From: a virus
Lineage: Duplodnaviria; Heunggongvirae; Uroviricota; Caudoviricetes
Virus record (IMG/VR): IMGVR_UViG_3300028886_000029
Location: 174,007 to 238,006 of that record
Strand: one strand, 5' to 3'
DNA length: 64,000 nucleotides
Part shown: positions 1 through 10,622 of the stretch, in pieces
Layout: each line of letters starts with the position of its first letter
Position numbering within the stretch: the first letter of the stretch is position 1
Translations under genes and position numbers: made by a program
Notes under the pieces: generated by a model
Told to the model about the DNA's origin: nothing
Databases searched by the model: none
The model's input: only the letters and a program-made list of their open reading frames with translations

Positions 1-532
1 TATTTTTTATTATGTTATTTTTATTATTACCGTATAGTAATGACAAAATATTTTTTCTATTTTTACCCATATAGTCAATATCAAATAATGAAAAACCGTA
101 AATAGTGTCTTCTTTATTGAAACAAATAAATACTACATCATTTTCAATATATATTGTTTTATCCGTGTCATTTCCTAATTTTTCTAAAAAGATTTTTTTC
201 TTTTCCTTATCTTCAGTCAGCAAATTAATGTATTCATATTTAAGTGTCTTAATTATTTTTGATATAACCATGTTTTCAAATTTTTTGGTCATAATCTCAT
301 AATTTTCACCTCTTTCCCTTCTTGCAAAACACCAAAACAAACAGTCATTTATTTTCCAGTCTAAAATGCTTACGTTAATATCCGAACATATTTCAGACAC
401 TTTTTTCCAACCAATAATTAATGTCGGTAAACCTTCTATTAATTCATCCTTGGTTTTCACGATATTATATAAGTCACAGGCACTAAAATATGTCTGTTGA
501 CTATCCGTTATTATGTTGGCGATTTTCCTCAT
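1..532 (-). CDS. Hypothetical phage protein, partial (runs off the left edge)
   Basis: Not in the ORF track. ATG at 532 reads MRKIANIITDSQQTYFSACDLYNIVKTKDELIEGLPTLIIGWKK... and is still open in frame at the window edge. A TATTTTTG element lies at 542-549. Confidence 0.75.
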   Translation of the reverse strand, partial: MRKIANIITDSQQTYFSACDLYNIVKTKDELIEGLPTLIIGWKKVSEICSDINVSILDWKINDCLFWCFARRERGENYEIMTKKFENMVISKIIKTLKYEYINLLTEDKEKKKIFLEKLGNDTDKTIYIENDVVFICFNKEDTIYGFSLFDIDYMGKNRKNILSLLYGNNKNNIIKN

Positions 533-560
533 ATTTTTTTCCAAAAATACAAAAGAAAAA

Positions 561-3500
561 CTAATATTCAAAAGTTATCCTATTTAATCTCTTAAGCCAA
601 CCGTTAAGGTACTTGGGTTGCTTCATGTCAATGAACCATTGTTCCCTCATTTTCCATAATTTGTCAAATGTTTCTTTAGGATTTCCACTGTTAATAGCAT
701 TTAATGTCTCATTACCCATTATACCGTCATCTATACATCCTAAACAACGCTGTACATGCTTTATCGCGTTAACGATGCCACTTCCCCATCCCATATCATA
801 AACCAACAAAGCGATGCTGCTGTTGTTAATACCATCTATCATCATTCTATTGTAAAAATAATCAAACACGACTTGCCATTCCTCCGCTGTCATATTCTTT
901 ACATCCTCACATGTCTTTTTTTCACCCATAACAGATGACAATGTGCCAATAGTCACACCCCATTTAGTACAACCACCCTTATCATCTTTGTCATTCACAT
1001 AACTTTTACCCTCAGAATCTTTGATAAAATTTTCAATTCTTTTTTTCTTTGCGGTTCCACCACCTGTTGTTGATGATGGCGTATGTTCGACTTCAGTCTC
1101 TTCTTTTTTTGGTTCAGACGGTGATTTGACATTTGTCATGGAGGTGTCTAACAACCTGAACAGTTTAACAACCCATGTGCCACTATGCTCTCTAGCTCTT
1201 CCAGCGTAAACAAATTTAGTGCCATAATTATTCAACATGTCACTTGCCCAACCACAACTACACTCATAACTATCACCAGCTCTTATGTTGATATTACTAT
1301 CATAACCCTCAACACCCTTTTTATATGCGTCACCAACATAAAATTGTGTATGCATTGATTTTGTCACCGCACTATCACCACCACTACCAAAATAAAGTAA
1401 AACATCGCCATACTCAAAGTGCATGGCATCTATATTACTTGTGATTTCATTGCTTGGCACACCATCAAACGCCGCAACTTGTGTGTAACCTAAATCCTCT
1501 AATTTCTCATATAATTTGGGATTTTTAGGTCCGTCATTACCTGTCTCACTACTTACTTGCTTACAATTATCATCTTTAACAAACGCATATTTTTTGGAGA
1601 AATCTCTTGCTAAGTTAAAAGCCCATAAAGTACATAAATGTTTATATGTCCCATCATCATTTTTAGGATGAAAACATTTTTTAAAGTTTCTTTTTACCGC
1701 TTCAGTGACAGCTCTTTTTCTTGACTGATTCGCACTTTCATCTTCAACTTTATACTGATTTGAATTATCATAACCGGTACCAAGAGTCTTGTATGAGCCT
1801 AATGACACATTTTCACCGGTATCATTGTTAACACCAACATCACCATTCTTGGTTGAACCCTCATCATGTGTGTCACTCTCATCACCTGTATATGTGCTTG
1901 CTTGTCCGTCATGCATATAAATGTAGCCGTTCTTAACAAACGGTATAGCATTTCTATTTACTCTAACACCCGTAAATTTTGTTGTCATGTTACCTGCGAC
2001 AATATTGTGTTCCACCGCAATGACCATATATGCCCCATGCCACATGGAAATATTGTTCAATTGGAAATACATCAGTGGCATAATTTGCACATTACCCATC
2101 ATTTCAACAGTACACTGATATGAGTAGTTCGAATAAACACGGTACAAATCCTGTCCATATATTGTGCTTTCGGCAGGACCTTCACTCATACTTCGTCTTC
2201 CACTAATATCCATTTGAGCAATAATGGAGTGCTCTGTAATCTGTTGATTTGATGTTGTTAAACTAATGTTTTTGAAAAAACTTTGGTTTTGTTTTCCAAA
2301 ACTTACAGCAAAAGCAGGTATCGCTTTATCCGTATCTTCCAAAGTTTTTAATGACACAGGTAAATCATTAGAATTATCTGTTATGTCAAAACCATCACTT
2401 TTATAACCATATTGACCACTATCATCCCTTATGTCCAATCTTTCTGATGGTGTATAAGGATATAATGCCACATAACTTCCTGTTATTGGCGTGTTATTGA
2501 ATATTTTTGAATTAAATGGGTGTGGTTTAAACATGTTTTCAATATCACTAACACCATTCTCATTGACTGACATGCCGAATTTTTGTGGTAAAGCCAAAAA
2601 TGTCAAATTGTTTTTTTGACAAACCTCACTCATGAACTCAAAAACCGAATAATATTTATCCAGTTTTTCAGGTATGTTCATGGTATTGTTGGCCTTGAAG
2701 ATAGTGTTTTTTATAATATCACATAAATATTGCCCATTACATAACAACCTATCACCAATAGGATTATAATATGTGTCAACAAATAAAAATTTCTCATATT
2801 CATTATCAGGCTTACCCATGGTGAATGAGTCTTCTGACAAATTGGCGAAGAACTTATCATACATGTTTTTCAACATCAAATATGTTGAAAGTCTAATATC
2901 ATCATCATTTACCACACCTGTGTTCAAATCGTCAGTGTTCTCACCACCATTAGTTTGGTCTGTGGTATCTTCTCCCTCAACAGGTGTATATATCTTTTCA
3001 ATATTTGATAAGACCATGCTGTATGTTGTAGCATATTTGTCCACACCAAATTCACTTTTACCATCACTAATTGGCTTACCGTAATCTATGTATGATACCT
3101 TACTTGTTAAAAAACTAACTAATTTTCTTTGTAATTTATCATATTCCTCATCACTAACTTCCCCTTCCAATTTTCTGAACTCAGAAAACACACTATTGTT
3201 GCTTGTCGCAAAATCTATAAAGTAATCAATCAAGTTTTCTTCTCTTGCTTCCGTCACCCCATTCAAAAGCCTCTCGTCTTGAAAATCTTTCCAAGAAATA
3301 TACTCTTTTTTTTGATTTTCAATTAATGATACTACATTAAACTCCCTATTAAACAGTGATTTTAACCAACCGTCTTTTAAACATGGTACAACTTCTTCTG
3401 TATTAGTAAAACCGGGATAGTTACCTACAATTGGGTCAATCCTTTTATTATTCTTTTCGAGTTCTCTTCGTCTCCAATAATATGCGCCTTCCCTTAATAA

Positions 3501-6446
3501 GAAATATTTCAAATCAGTACCTGAATATTTTTCTTTTTTATTGTCTTTAGAGTTATTTCTTTTGTTTGTACCGATTGAGAACAAGAAAAGATATGCCTTT
3601 GCCTCATTTGTGTTTTGTTTTTCATAAAACGAGCAATTTTTGAAAATACCATTTTTTTCAAGTTTTTTAACATTTTCATTATCCCACAAACCAAATGTTA
3701 AACTTAACACATCTTTATTTGTGATAACACCATAATATGTGTTTTCATTAATCTTACTAAATTCTTTAACTTTGTCCCAAGTGTATCTTTTTTTATCAAT
3801 ATCTTCATATTTTTTCTCACAAAAATCCCCAGTATATTCCACACCAATATTGTCATTATCATATTTTAATGTCTTAAAAATATGTTTATTCTCTTTTTCG
3901 GTGTTGGAAAAATATGTTTTTAAATCAGAATTACTCTCATTAAAAATGCCTTGTTTGGGAAGTATGGCCTCCTCAATATTTTTCTCCACATTCTGAAAAT
4001 AATTACCGTATTCCTTTATAACAAAATCATCTTTAACACTATTACTTGAATTTGTATCTAATAATATGAACTGTGAAGAACCATTTTTTACATCTTCAAA
4101 ATGTTTCTTAATTAAGTTAAAATCACTTGTCTTTGGATATTGTTTGTTAGGTATAAAAGTATAATTACCATTTTTATCAATAATTCCCTTACCACCATTA
4201 TCAATTAACCATGGTGGTGTGTTTTTTGAATCAACAGAACCAACAGTTTCGTTTACTAATTCACTTGCCTTACCTTTTATTAAGAAACCTCTTAGTTCAT
4301 CAGACATATTTGAACCGAACGCCCTGTATATGTTCAATGTTTCAACATAAGACACCCATATTAAAAGATTACTGACATTATCATTCCATTTGTTGTTGTA
4401 AAACGCATAGAAACATCTTAAGACAAATGTCGCTGTTATTAACTGTGCCTTTGTCTTATCATCTTTATTAGAATCAGCGATATATTTATATGGGTTTTTA
4501 TATGTGAGATTATCATAATTACCCATATCATATAATGTTAACGGAACAAAATCCCTTTCACTGATATCACTTTCAGAGACAGTGCTTGAGTCACCGTTAT
4601 TTTCCTGTTCTTTCTTCTTTTGTTCTTCAAACGCCTTTAATGTCTCACCAACATCATTTTCGTAGTCATTTGCAGCGTTAAGCATTCTCACAACAAATTT
4701 AGTCTCCTCAGCTATTGGTAAAGACTTACCTTCACCTTCAGGCCATGCTACCACAGTCCTGACTTCTTTATTAACAGTCTCTTCTTTTAAACATAATGGA
4801 TATGGTGGAACAATACTGGTTCTGTCTTTCACAAAATCAAAGTCTATCCACTGACTAAACGGACGTGATGTCACTGGTCTTACATTATTCTCAATGTTAT
4901 GCAACGTATTATAATATGAGTGTACAAATGTGTCCAAATGTGCGAAAAGTATTTGAAACACATTTTTAATACTTAAGTTAAAACCTAATTCCTCATTGAC
5001 CTTTTTAATGTGTAGTTCAGTTAATTGTTTGTTAACTTCACCCTCCACATTTCTCTCCTCCTCAATGATTCGTTTTAATTCCTCAATAACACCATTTTCA
5101 ACCAAATGAATATAATATATATCATTTGGCTTACTATCATCATCAAAACCAAACGCTTTCTCTATTACGGTATTACTGACATTGTATTCCCTATCCTCAA
5201 TAGAAAGAACATTATCTCTTCTGAATGTAAACCCGTTTCCTTCACTGTCATATTTAGTTACAGTAATATTGTTATTATCTTTTTTGTCAACAATATATTT
5301 ACAAAAATAATCCTTTTTACTGTATTCTTCCTCACTGCCAAATGTACCAAAATCTTTATTGGGATATTTTTCTTTTAATTCTTTTAACCTGCCATAAAAC
5401 TTAACAATACTTTCCTTACTGATTTCAGCATGTATATTATTATCATTCCTTATTAAAAACTTATATGTTTTTCTACTATATTCAGTTTCCAAATCAACAA
5501 GGGGTAACTTGGTAAAAGGATACAACGCAATCACTTCCTCAATTATCTTGATGTTAGATTCAGCCTCCCCTATTTTGTTTTTCGCTTGTTCCTCCGCTTT
5601 CTTTTCTTCTTCATTCTTTGTTTCCAACGCGCTCTTCAACGCCTTATAAAACTCAACAAAAGTTAGCATTGTCGGTTTCCTGACATCACTACCAGTGAAC
5701 TTAAACCTTCCGTCTTTGTTTTCATCCCAATACTCTTTATCTATATAAGGCGCAATTGTTGTATATATTAACGGTATCTCAGTATATACGCCATACATGT
5801 TACCAATAAAATCAACACTTGCTATAATATTACCTGTCGCACCATCAAAATCAGCCCTAAATGATGACATCCTTAAATTATAACTCACAGGCTCACCATA
5901 AAATCCCTTTACTGTCAGTTTAAAAACAGGTGAGGGACAAGCGAAAATCGCTTTGAAAAATGACCCACTGTCAATTTGTGTTATGTCTCTTTCACCCCTT
6001 GCTTGCGCATCCATCATACCCTTTTCTTGCGCCATAAATAAGGATGTTCCTCTGACATCAACAAATCTTATGTTGACAATTGGATAAAACCACTGTTGAT
6101 ATGAGATATTTATTGACTCAATACCTAATGTCTCTTTATTTCCCCTGCCAATGTTTCCTGGTGTGACATCAGTATAATTCGTTGACAGATAACCTTGTTT
6201 GTTATCTTTAATATCAGTTCCACTACCCCCAAAAAATGATATTGTACCCTTGTCAGACGAAAACGACAAAGTTCTACCATTCTTACTTATATTACCACAA
6301 GAAAACCTATCTGAAATCGTTACTTCCAGATTAACACCCATAGAATAATCCTCATAAGGAAATGTTACCGCATTATCAGGTAAATTTAAGTTAGGATTTG
6401 TCGGTTCAATATAAAGAAACTTACCAACATTATGTACATCAGCCAT
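561..6446 (-). CDS. Baseplate hub / tail-associated lysin: hub regions, Cys-His amidase-like domain and C-terminal GH108 lysozyme
   Basis: 1961 aa in the tail operon. Hub-like YQCTVEMMGNVQIMPLMYFQL..GAYMVIAVEHNI segment, then HLCTLWA..GDVL..HTQFY, then GH108 signature SEGKSYVNDKDDKGGCTKWGVT with terminal KYLNGWLKRL. Confidence 0.8.
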   Translation of the reverse strand: MADVHNVGKFLYIEPTNPNLNLPDNAVTFPYEDYSMGVNLEVTISDRFSCGNISKNGRTLSFSSDKGTISFFGGSGTDIKDNKQGYLSTNYTDVTPGNIGRGNKETLGIESINISYQQWFYPIVNIRFVDVRGTSLFMAQEKGMMDAQARGERDITQIDSGSFFKAIFACPSPVFKLTVKGFYGEPVSYNLRMSSFRADFDGATGNIIASVDFIGNMYGVYTEIPLIYTTIAPYIDKEYWDENKDGRFKFTGSDVRKPTMLTFVEFYKALKSALETKNEEEKKAEEQAKNKIGEAESNIKIIEEVIALYPFTKLPLVDLETEYSRKTYKFLIRNDNNIHAEISKESIVKFYGRLKELKEKYPNKDFGTFGSEEEYSKKDYFCKYIVDKKDNNNITVTKYDSEGNGFTFRRDNVLSIEDREYNVSNTVIEKAFGFDDDSKPNDIYYIHLVENGVIEELKRIIEEERNVEGEVNKQLTELHIKKVNEELGFNLSIKNVFQILFAHLDTFVHSYYNTLHNIENNVRPVTSRPFSQWIDFDFVKDRTSIVPPYPLCLKEETVNKEVRTVVAWPEGEGKSLPIAEETKFVVRMLNAANDYENDVGETLKAFEEQKKKEQENNGDSSTVSESDISERDFVPLTLYDMGNYDNLTYKNPYKYIADSNKDDKTKAQLITATFVLRCFYAFYNNKWNDNVSNLLIWVSYVETLNIYRAFGSNMSDELRGFLIKGKASELVNETVGSVDSKNTPPWLIDNGGKGIIDKNGNYTFIPNKQYPKTSDFNLIKKHFEDVKNGSSQFILLDTNSSNSVKDDFVIKEYGNYFQNVEKNIEEAILPKQGIFNESNSDLKTYFSNTEKENKHIFKTLKYDNDNIGVEYTGDFCEKKYEDIDKKRYTWDKVKEFSKINENTYYGVITNKDVLSLTFGLWDNENVKKLEKNGIFKNCSFYEKQNTNEAKAYLFLFSIGTNKRNNSKDNKKEKYSGTDLKYFLLREGAYYWRRRELEKNNKRIDPIVGNYPGFTNTEEVVPCLKDGWLKSLFNREFNVVSLIENQKKEYISWKDFQDERLLNGVTEAREENLIDYFIDFATSNNSVFSEFRKLEGEVSDEEYDKLQRKLVSFLTSKVSYIDYGKPISDGKSEFGVDKYATTYSMVLSNIEKIYTPVEGEDTTDQTNGGENTDDLNTGVVNDDDIRLSTYLMLKNMYDKFFANLSEDSFTMGKPDNEYEKFLFVDTYYNPIGDRLLCNGQYLCDIIKNTIFKANNTMNIPEKLDKYYSVFEFMSEVCQKNNLTFLALPQKFGMSVNENGVSDIENMFKPHPFNSKIFNNTPITGSYVALYPYTPSERLDIRDDSGQYGYKSDGFDITDNSNDLPVSLKTLEDTDKAIPAFAVSFGKQNQSFFKNISLTTSNQQITEHSIIAQMDISGRRSMSEGPAESTIYGQDLYRVYSNYSYQCTVEMMGNVQIMPLMYFQLNNISMWHGAYMVIAVEHNIVAGNMTTKFTGVRVNRNAIPFVKNGYIYMHDGQASTYTGDESDTHDEGSTKNGDVGVNNDTGENVSLGSYKTLGTGYDNSNQYKVEDESANQSRKRAVTEAVKRNFKKCFHPKNDDGTYKHLCTLWAFNLARDFSKKYAFVKDDNCKQVSSETGNDGPKNPKLYEKLEDLGYTQVAAFDGVPSNEITSNIDAMHFEYGDVLLYFGSGGDSAVTKSMHTQFYVGDAYKKGVEGYDSNINIRAGDSYECSCGWASDMLNNYGTKFVYAGRAREHSGTWVVKLFRLLDTSMTNVKSPSEPKKEETEVEHTPSSTTGGGTAKKKRIENFIKDSEGKSYVNDKDDKGGCTKWGVTIGTLSSVMGEKKTCEDVKNMTAEEWQVVFDYFYNRMMIDGINNSSIALLVYDMGWGSGIVNAIKHVQRCLGCIDDGIMGNETLNAINSGNPKETFDKLWKMREQWFIDMKQPKYLNGWLKRLNRITFEY

Positions 6447-6460
6447 TCAAAAAAACAAAA

Positions 6461-6772
6461 TTAGTATAATTTATTATGTTCTTCAATAGAAACCTCATAA
6501 TCATTAATCGCCTCGGTTAACGGAAACGGTATTCTTAACATCACACTATCAGGTATCTCATATTCCATTGAACCGTATTCAGGGTTCGCTTGCATGATTA
6601 ACCAAGCATAATTAGCGTCACCATAGTATTCATAAGACAAGATATCCAATCTTGTCTTACCCCTCTCATATTTCTCATAATAATCAGTGTCCCTCGTTTT
6701 GATTTTACCAAACGGAACCATTTTAATCTCACCGTCAATTCGAAACATTGTATATCTATCGTATGTCGCCAT
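6461..6772 (-). CDS. Baseplate wedge protein, LysM/T4 gp53-like
   Basis: RLDILSYEYYGDANYAWLIMQANP...LRIP motif; lies between baseplate genes. Confidence 0.75.
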   Translation of the reverse strand: MATYDRYTMFRIDGEIKMVPFGKIKTRDTDYYEKYERGKTRLDILSYEYYGDANYAWLIMQANPEYGSMEYEIPDSVMLRIPFPLTEAINDYEVSIEEHNKLY

Positions 6773-6783
6773 ATGTCTTTCTT

Positions 6784-9700
6784 TTACTGATTATTATTTG
6801 CGTTATTTATTGTCCTGAAATCATCATGTCTACCTGTCATCACATCCCACGCTCTGGCTGTATCATCATTTTCACTGATATAATTTTCAGGTCTATAATC
6901 AGCCCTTTTATCATATACACTTGCGTTCGCATAATAATTGAACGACACAGCATTTTGTAACCTTGCGATAGGACCACTAATGTCACTTCCACCAAGGAAC
7001 TTGAACGTAATGTCAATGTTGGCAATCATTGGTTGCACTCCTGCACCTTCAGGATTTAAATCCCATGTTATACCACCATTATCATAATTTATTGACAAAG
7101 AGTCAATGATAATTTTAGTGTTAAAGAAATCACCAATTCTCAAAACACACACAGGTGGTCTACCAAAAGCCAAATTACCAGCAAACTTCGGTTGACTTCC
7201 TGATAAATCAGATTGTGCGCTTGTCGGTCCTTGTCTTGTACATTGATGTAAGAATGTGAGCCTTCCATTGAAACCTTCAGGGGTAATGGAATGGAACGCA
7301 GGGTCAAAATACTGCACTTTATCAACAATATATTTTTTCACCATATCATCAGTCTCATTGACCTTTTGGAAATAATTATATTCCTCGTCATATCTTGCTG
7401 TTCTCAATTCCTGTACCGTGGACGCTGATGTAATTAACCTGACATTATCTTTGGTTTCCTCAACCTTGTTCTGCTCATTATTTTCTTTCTTTACCTCATT
7501 ACCGGTTGTTGTGTCAAGTCTTGGTGTCTTATCTTTCCTATGCGCTCTTACTATAACTTCCGCACATCTACCTAACTTGGCCTCCAATGAACTTACATCC
7601 GCATTGGTAACCTCAATAATTGCCGGTTGTAACACATTAATTTTCTCATCCTCAATCATATTTGTTTTAGATAAGAATTTTTTAATCACTCTTGCCCTTC
7701 TTCCTGAAAGACCTGATGTTCCAGCGTTGTTTTTCTGATAACCATGTGATGAAGCGTAACCCCTAATATCAACACTTATCTCAACCTCATTATCTTGCAC
7801 AGTTCCACTCTCATCACTAAAGAATGTTGATAATTGACTGAAGTCATCCTTACCCTCATATAAATCAGCAAAAGAATGTATATTAGGTATATCATCATCT
7901 TGTATGTGTAAAATGGTTTTTATTGTCTGTCCATTCTCACCTTCCAAAAGACTTGGAAGGTCTTTGTTCAACTTGAAAGATTTCCTGTCCTCATAATTAC
8001 CCTCTTTAAGAACTTCACCCTCATATGATTTATCCACCTGATAATACCATTTGTTTGTTCCCTTGTTCCTATTTTTAGCCTCAATAAACAACTTTTCCAA
8101 ACAACCTTTTAACCCTTCCTCACCCATCTCATAACCATTAACACCAAAAACCTTACCATTGTAAAGATATTCCATAGGAGCGTTAATGTTACTGTTAATA
8201 TAGTCAATACCTGAAAAATCATTAGGGAAAAATACAAAATAATGTATTGATGCGTCAGTAACCGCACTTTCAGGTACAGGTGTGTTGTCTAATTCAGGTG
8301 TCTCATCAACAGGTACATGTGTTTTTTCCTCTTCATTAGTTTTATCTCCAATCTCATTTTCAGAAACGCTATTCCCATCACTGTTACCATCACCGTCATC
8401 ACAACCTGCGAAAAATCTTAAAATCGTTTGTTCATCTTCCTCATTTACACCACCTTGTTTACCATAAACCCATGAATCAAGTACTGATGGATGGTCAATA
8501 AGTAATGTGAAACTCAATGTGCCACTTCTTTCGGTATTGGTATAGGTATATATCTGTTCACCCCTTCCAATAAAAGCGTTTCCTTGCCAATTAGTACTTA
8601 CATTCTCATTAAATTTAAGATTATATGGCGGAAACCACATTATCCTACCACCATTAGGACCCCTTTGTTCCTTACTTAAAACACCATCTTTTTTCAACGC
8701 GTCTTTCCAAGCAAGATTTTCAATGGAAAACATGTATTTCTTTATTGTTTTATCCAAGTCAGCGGTTCTATATGGAGCAATTAACGGTAAACCGTTATCT
8801 TGCAATGTGGAGAAATCATTTAACCTTGTGGCACCATTATTTGGCCTTAAACCATCTTTTAACGGATATAATTTGTCTTGAACCTCATATCCTGAGTTTC
8901 TAATAAGGTTCTTCATCTTACTATATTGATAGTGAGATGTCCAAACCCTACAATATGGGTCTTCATAACCGTTAGAATATGTCACATTCTTTTTTCTGAG
9001 GTTCCTACCTCTTGACAGATTATATATATAATCACTTGCTGATTCTGTCAAACCTTGATTAGAGACATCAGTGTGAAACCTATTAATTATACTATGTATC
9101 TTACCTTGCTGGAACAAGGCATTTGTTTTTTTCAAGAGACTATTATTGTTGTCTCCATCTGTATCTATAAGGTCAACAACAATGTTATCACTGTAATTAG
9201 GTTTTCCTTTATCTTTCTCATAAATTTGTTCAGCTTCACCATTTCTTTCATCATATATATTGTAAACAGTGCTTGTTTTCGGACTAATCCCCTCAGTGGG
9301 ATTTTTACCACCGTATATTGGTCTTGGTTCTACAGTGTCACCAAAATCACTTGTGTCAATTGGATTATCAACAGACAATGGGTTAAACAAATTTCTTATT
9401 GAGTTTAAAGGACTGTCAACATCATATGTCTCATCAAATTTCCTTTCTTTTCCAATATAAGGCTCATTTCCCAATGATGCTGTTTGTTTAGCGTCTTCAA
9501 TGGCCTCAACAGCCTCTCTTGAAAGGTTTGGAAAAGTTCCTGTACCATCATCAAACAAATTATTTCTATTATATAGACCATTTAATTTGTTTAAATCTGA
9601 AAAAGCATTGCCATCCAAATCAGCACTAATACCATTACCGACATTTTCCTTGTAAAATATTTGGTTTTCACTATATTCCTTTTTGTCATCAACAGAATAG

Positions 9701-10611
9701 AGTTCATAAGCATCCCATTTGGCTAAATTAGGTAAGGGATTATATCGTCTAATCTCAAGGGACTTATCACTAATCGGATTAAGCGGTAAAGCAGGATTAT
9801 ATATGACATTATCAATAAATCTGTTAAACGGATTAATATTATTGTCAGGTAAACCAAAAACATCAGCATACAACTGTGTTATCCTGTTCTTTAACCCACT
9901 GACATCCCTTCCACCAAAAGCATAATTAAAACCAGGTGCTGTTGTGTATCTTGCGTCAAATTTAAAACCACCACCGTTGGTCAAGTATCTTTCCACAACT
10001 TTGGTTCCATTCCTTTTAAACAAAGTTTTTCTGGCCATTCCAACAGCCTCATCTATTTTGGCAAGTGTCCCCTGTTCAGGTGTAAGATTTCTAAACAAAC
10101 TATAATCACCACCCAAATATGTCTTGTCTATTCTGTCTAAAACTCCCTCATAAAATCCTGAGGGTTCCACACCCACATGTTGTTCAACATCATAAAGATA
10201 TTTATAGTTTTCAGTGAACAAGTCACCTTGATGCTGCCTAACCGCATCAAAATTTGTTTTAACACCAGTATTCGTGTTGTTTTCAAAACCGGGTTTTGTT
10301 GTCTCATCACCAAAAGTGAAACCGACTAAACCTTTTTCCTCATCAAGAAAATGATTTAAGCCTTTCTTGTCATTAACCCTATATATCTGTCCTATATCGT
10401 CACCACTGACATAACCCTGAGCATTCTCATGGTTTTTATATCTTAAAGTCATAGGATTGTTCATTAAATTGGCGTTTCTATATTCAGTTCCAATTGAATA
10501 TACACCACCGATTTTTTTATTAACCCTATTTCTTACCTGTTCCGTATAAACACTGCTTGACCCAATTGTTGGTTGGGTCATCATATTGTTATTTATTCTT
10601 AACTCAGCCAT
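6784..10611 (-). CDS. Large baseplate/tube-initiator protein with an OmpA-like domain
   Basis: 1275 aa. FIGRGEQIYTYTNTERSGTLSF and PPVCVLRIGDFFNTKIII tube-initiator-like motifs; internal IRGYASSHG..N..LSGRRA..IKKFL resembles the OmpA C-terminal domain. Confidence 0.65.
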   Translation of the reverse strand: MAELRINNNMMTQPTIGSSSVYTEQVRNRVNKKIGGVYSIGTEYRNANLMNNPMTLRYKNHENAQGYVSGDDIGQIYRVNDKKGLNHFLDEEKGLVGFTFGDETTKPGFENNTNTGVKTNFDAVRQHQGDLFTENYKYLYDVEQHVGVEPSGFYEGVLDRIDKTYLGGDYSLFRNLTPEQGTLAKIDEAVGMARKTLFKRNGTKVVERYLTNGGGFKFDARYTTAPGFNYAFGGRDVSGLKNRITQLYADVFGLPDNNINPFNRFIDNVIYNPALPLNPISDKSLEIRRYNPLPNLAKWDAYELYSVDDKKEYSENQIFYKENVGNGISADLDGNAFSDLNKLNGLYNRNNLFDDGTGTFPNLSREAVEAIEDAKQTASLGNEPYIGKERKFDETYDVDSPLNSIRNLFNPLSVDNPIDTSDFGDTVEPRPIYGGKNPTEGISPKTSTVYNIYDERNGEAEQIYEKDKGKPNYSDNIVVDLIDTDGDNNNSLLKKTNALFQQGKIHSIINRFHTDVSNQGLTESASDYIYNLSRGRNLRKKNVTYSNGYEDPYCRVWTSHYQYSKMKNLIRNSGYEVQDKLYPLKDGLRPNNGATRLNDFSTLQDNGLPLIAPYRTADLDKTIKKYMFSIENLAWKDALKKDGVLSKEQRGPNGGRIMWFPPYNLKFNENVSTNWQGNAFIGRGEQIYTYTNTERSGTLSFTLLIDHPSVLDSWVYGKQGGVNEEDEQTILRFFAGCDDGDGNSDGNSVSENEIGDKTNEEEKTHVPVDETPELDNTPVPESAVTDASIHYFVFFPNDFSGIDYINSNINAPMEYLYNGKVFGVNGYEMGEEGLKGCLEKLFIEAKNRNKGTNKWYYQVDKSYEGEVLKEGNYEDRKSFKLNKDLPSLLEGENGQTIKTILHIQDDDIPNIHSFADLYEGKDDFSQLSTFFSDESGTVQDNEVEISVDIRGYASSHGYQKNNAGTSGLSGRRARVIKKFLSKTNMIEDEKINVLQPAIIEVTNADVSSLEAKLGRCAEVIVRAHRKDKTPRLDTTTGNEVKKENNEQNKVEETKDNVRLITSASTVQELRTARYDEEYNYFQKVNETDDMVKKYIVDKVQYFDPAFHSITPEGFNGRLTFLHQCTRQGPTSAQSDLSGSQPKFAGNLAFGRPPVCVLRIGDFFNTKIIIDSLSINYDNGGITWDLNPEGAGVQPMIANIDITFKFLGGSDISGPIARLQNAVSFNYYANASVYDKRADYRPENYISENDDTARAWDVMTGRHDDFRTINNANNNQ

Positions 10612-10622
10612 TATATTTCAGT

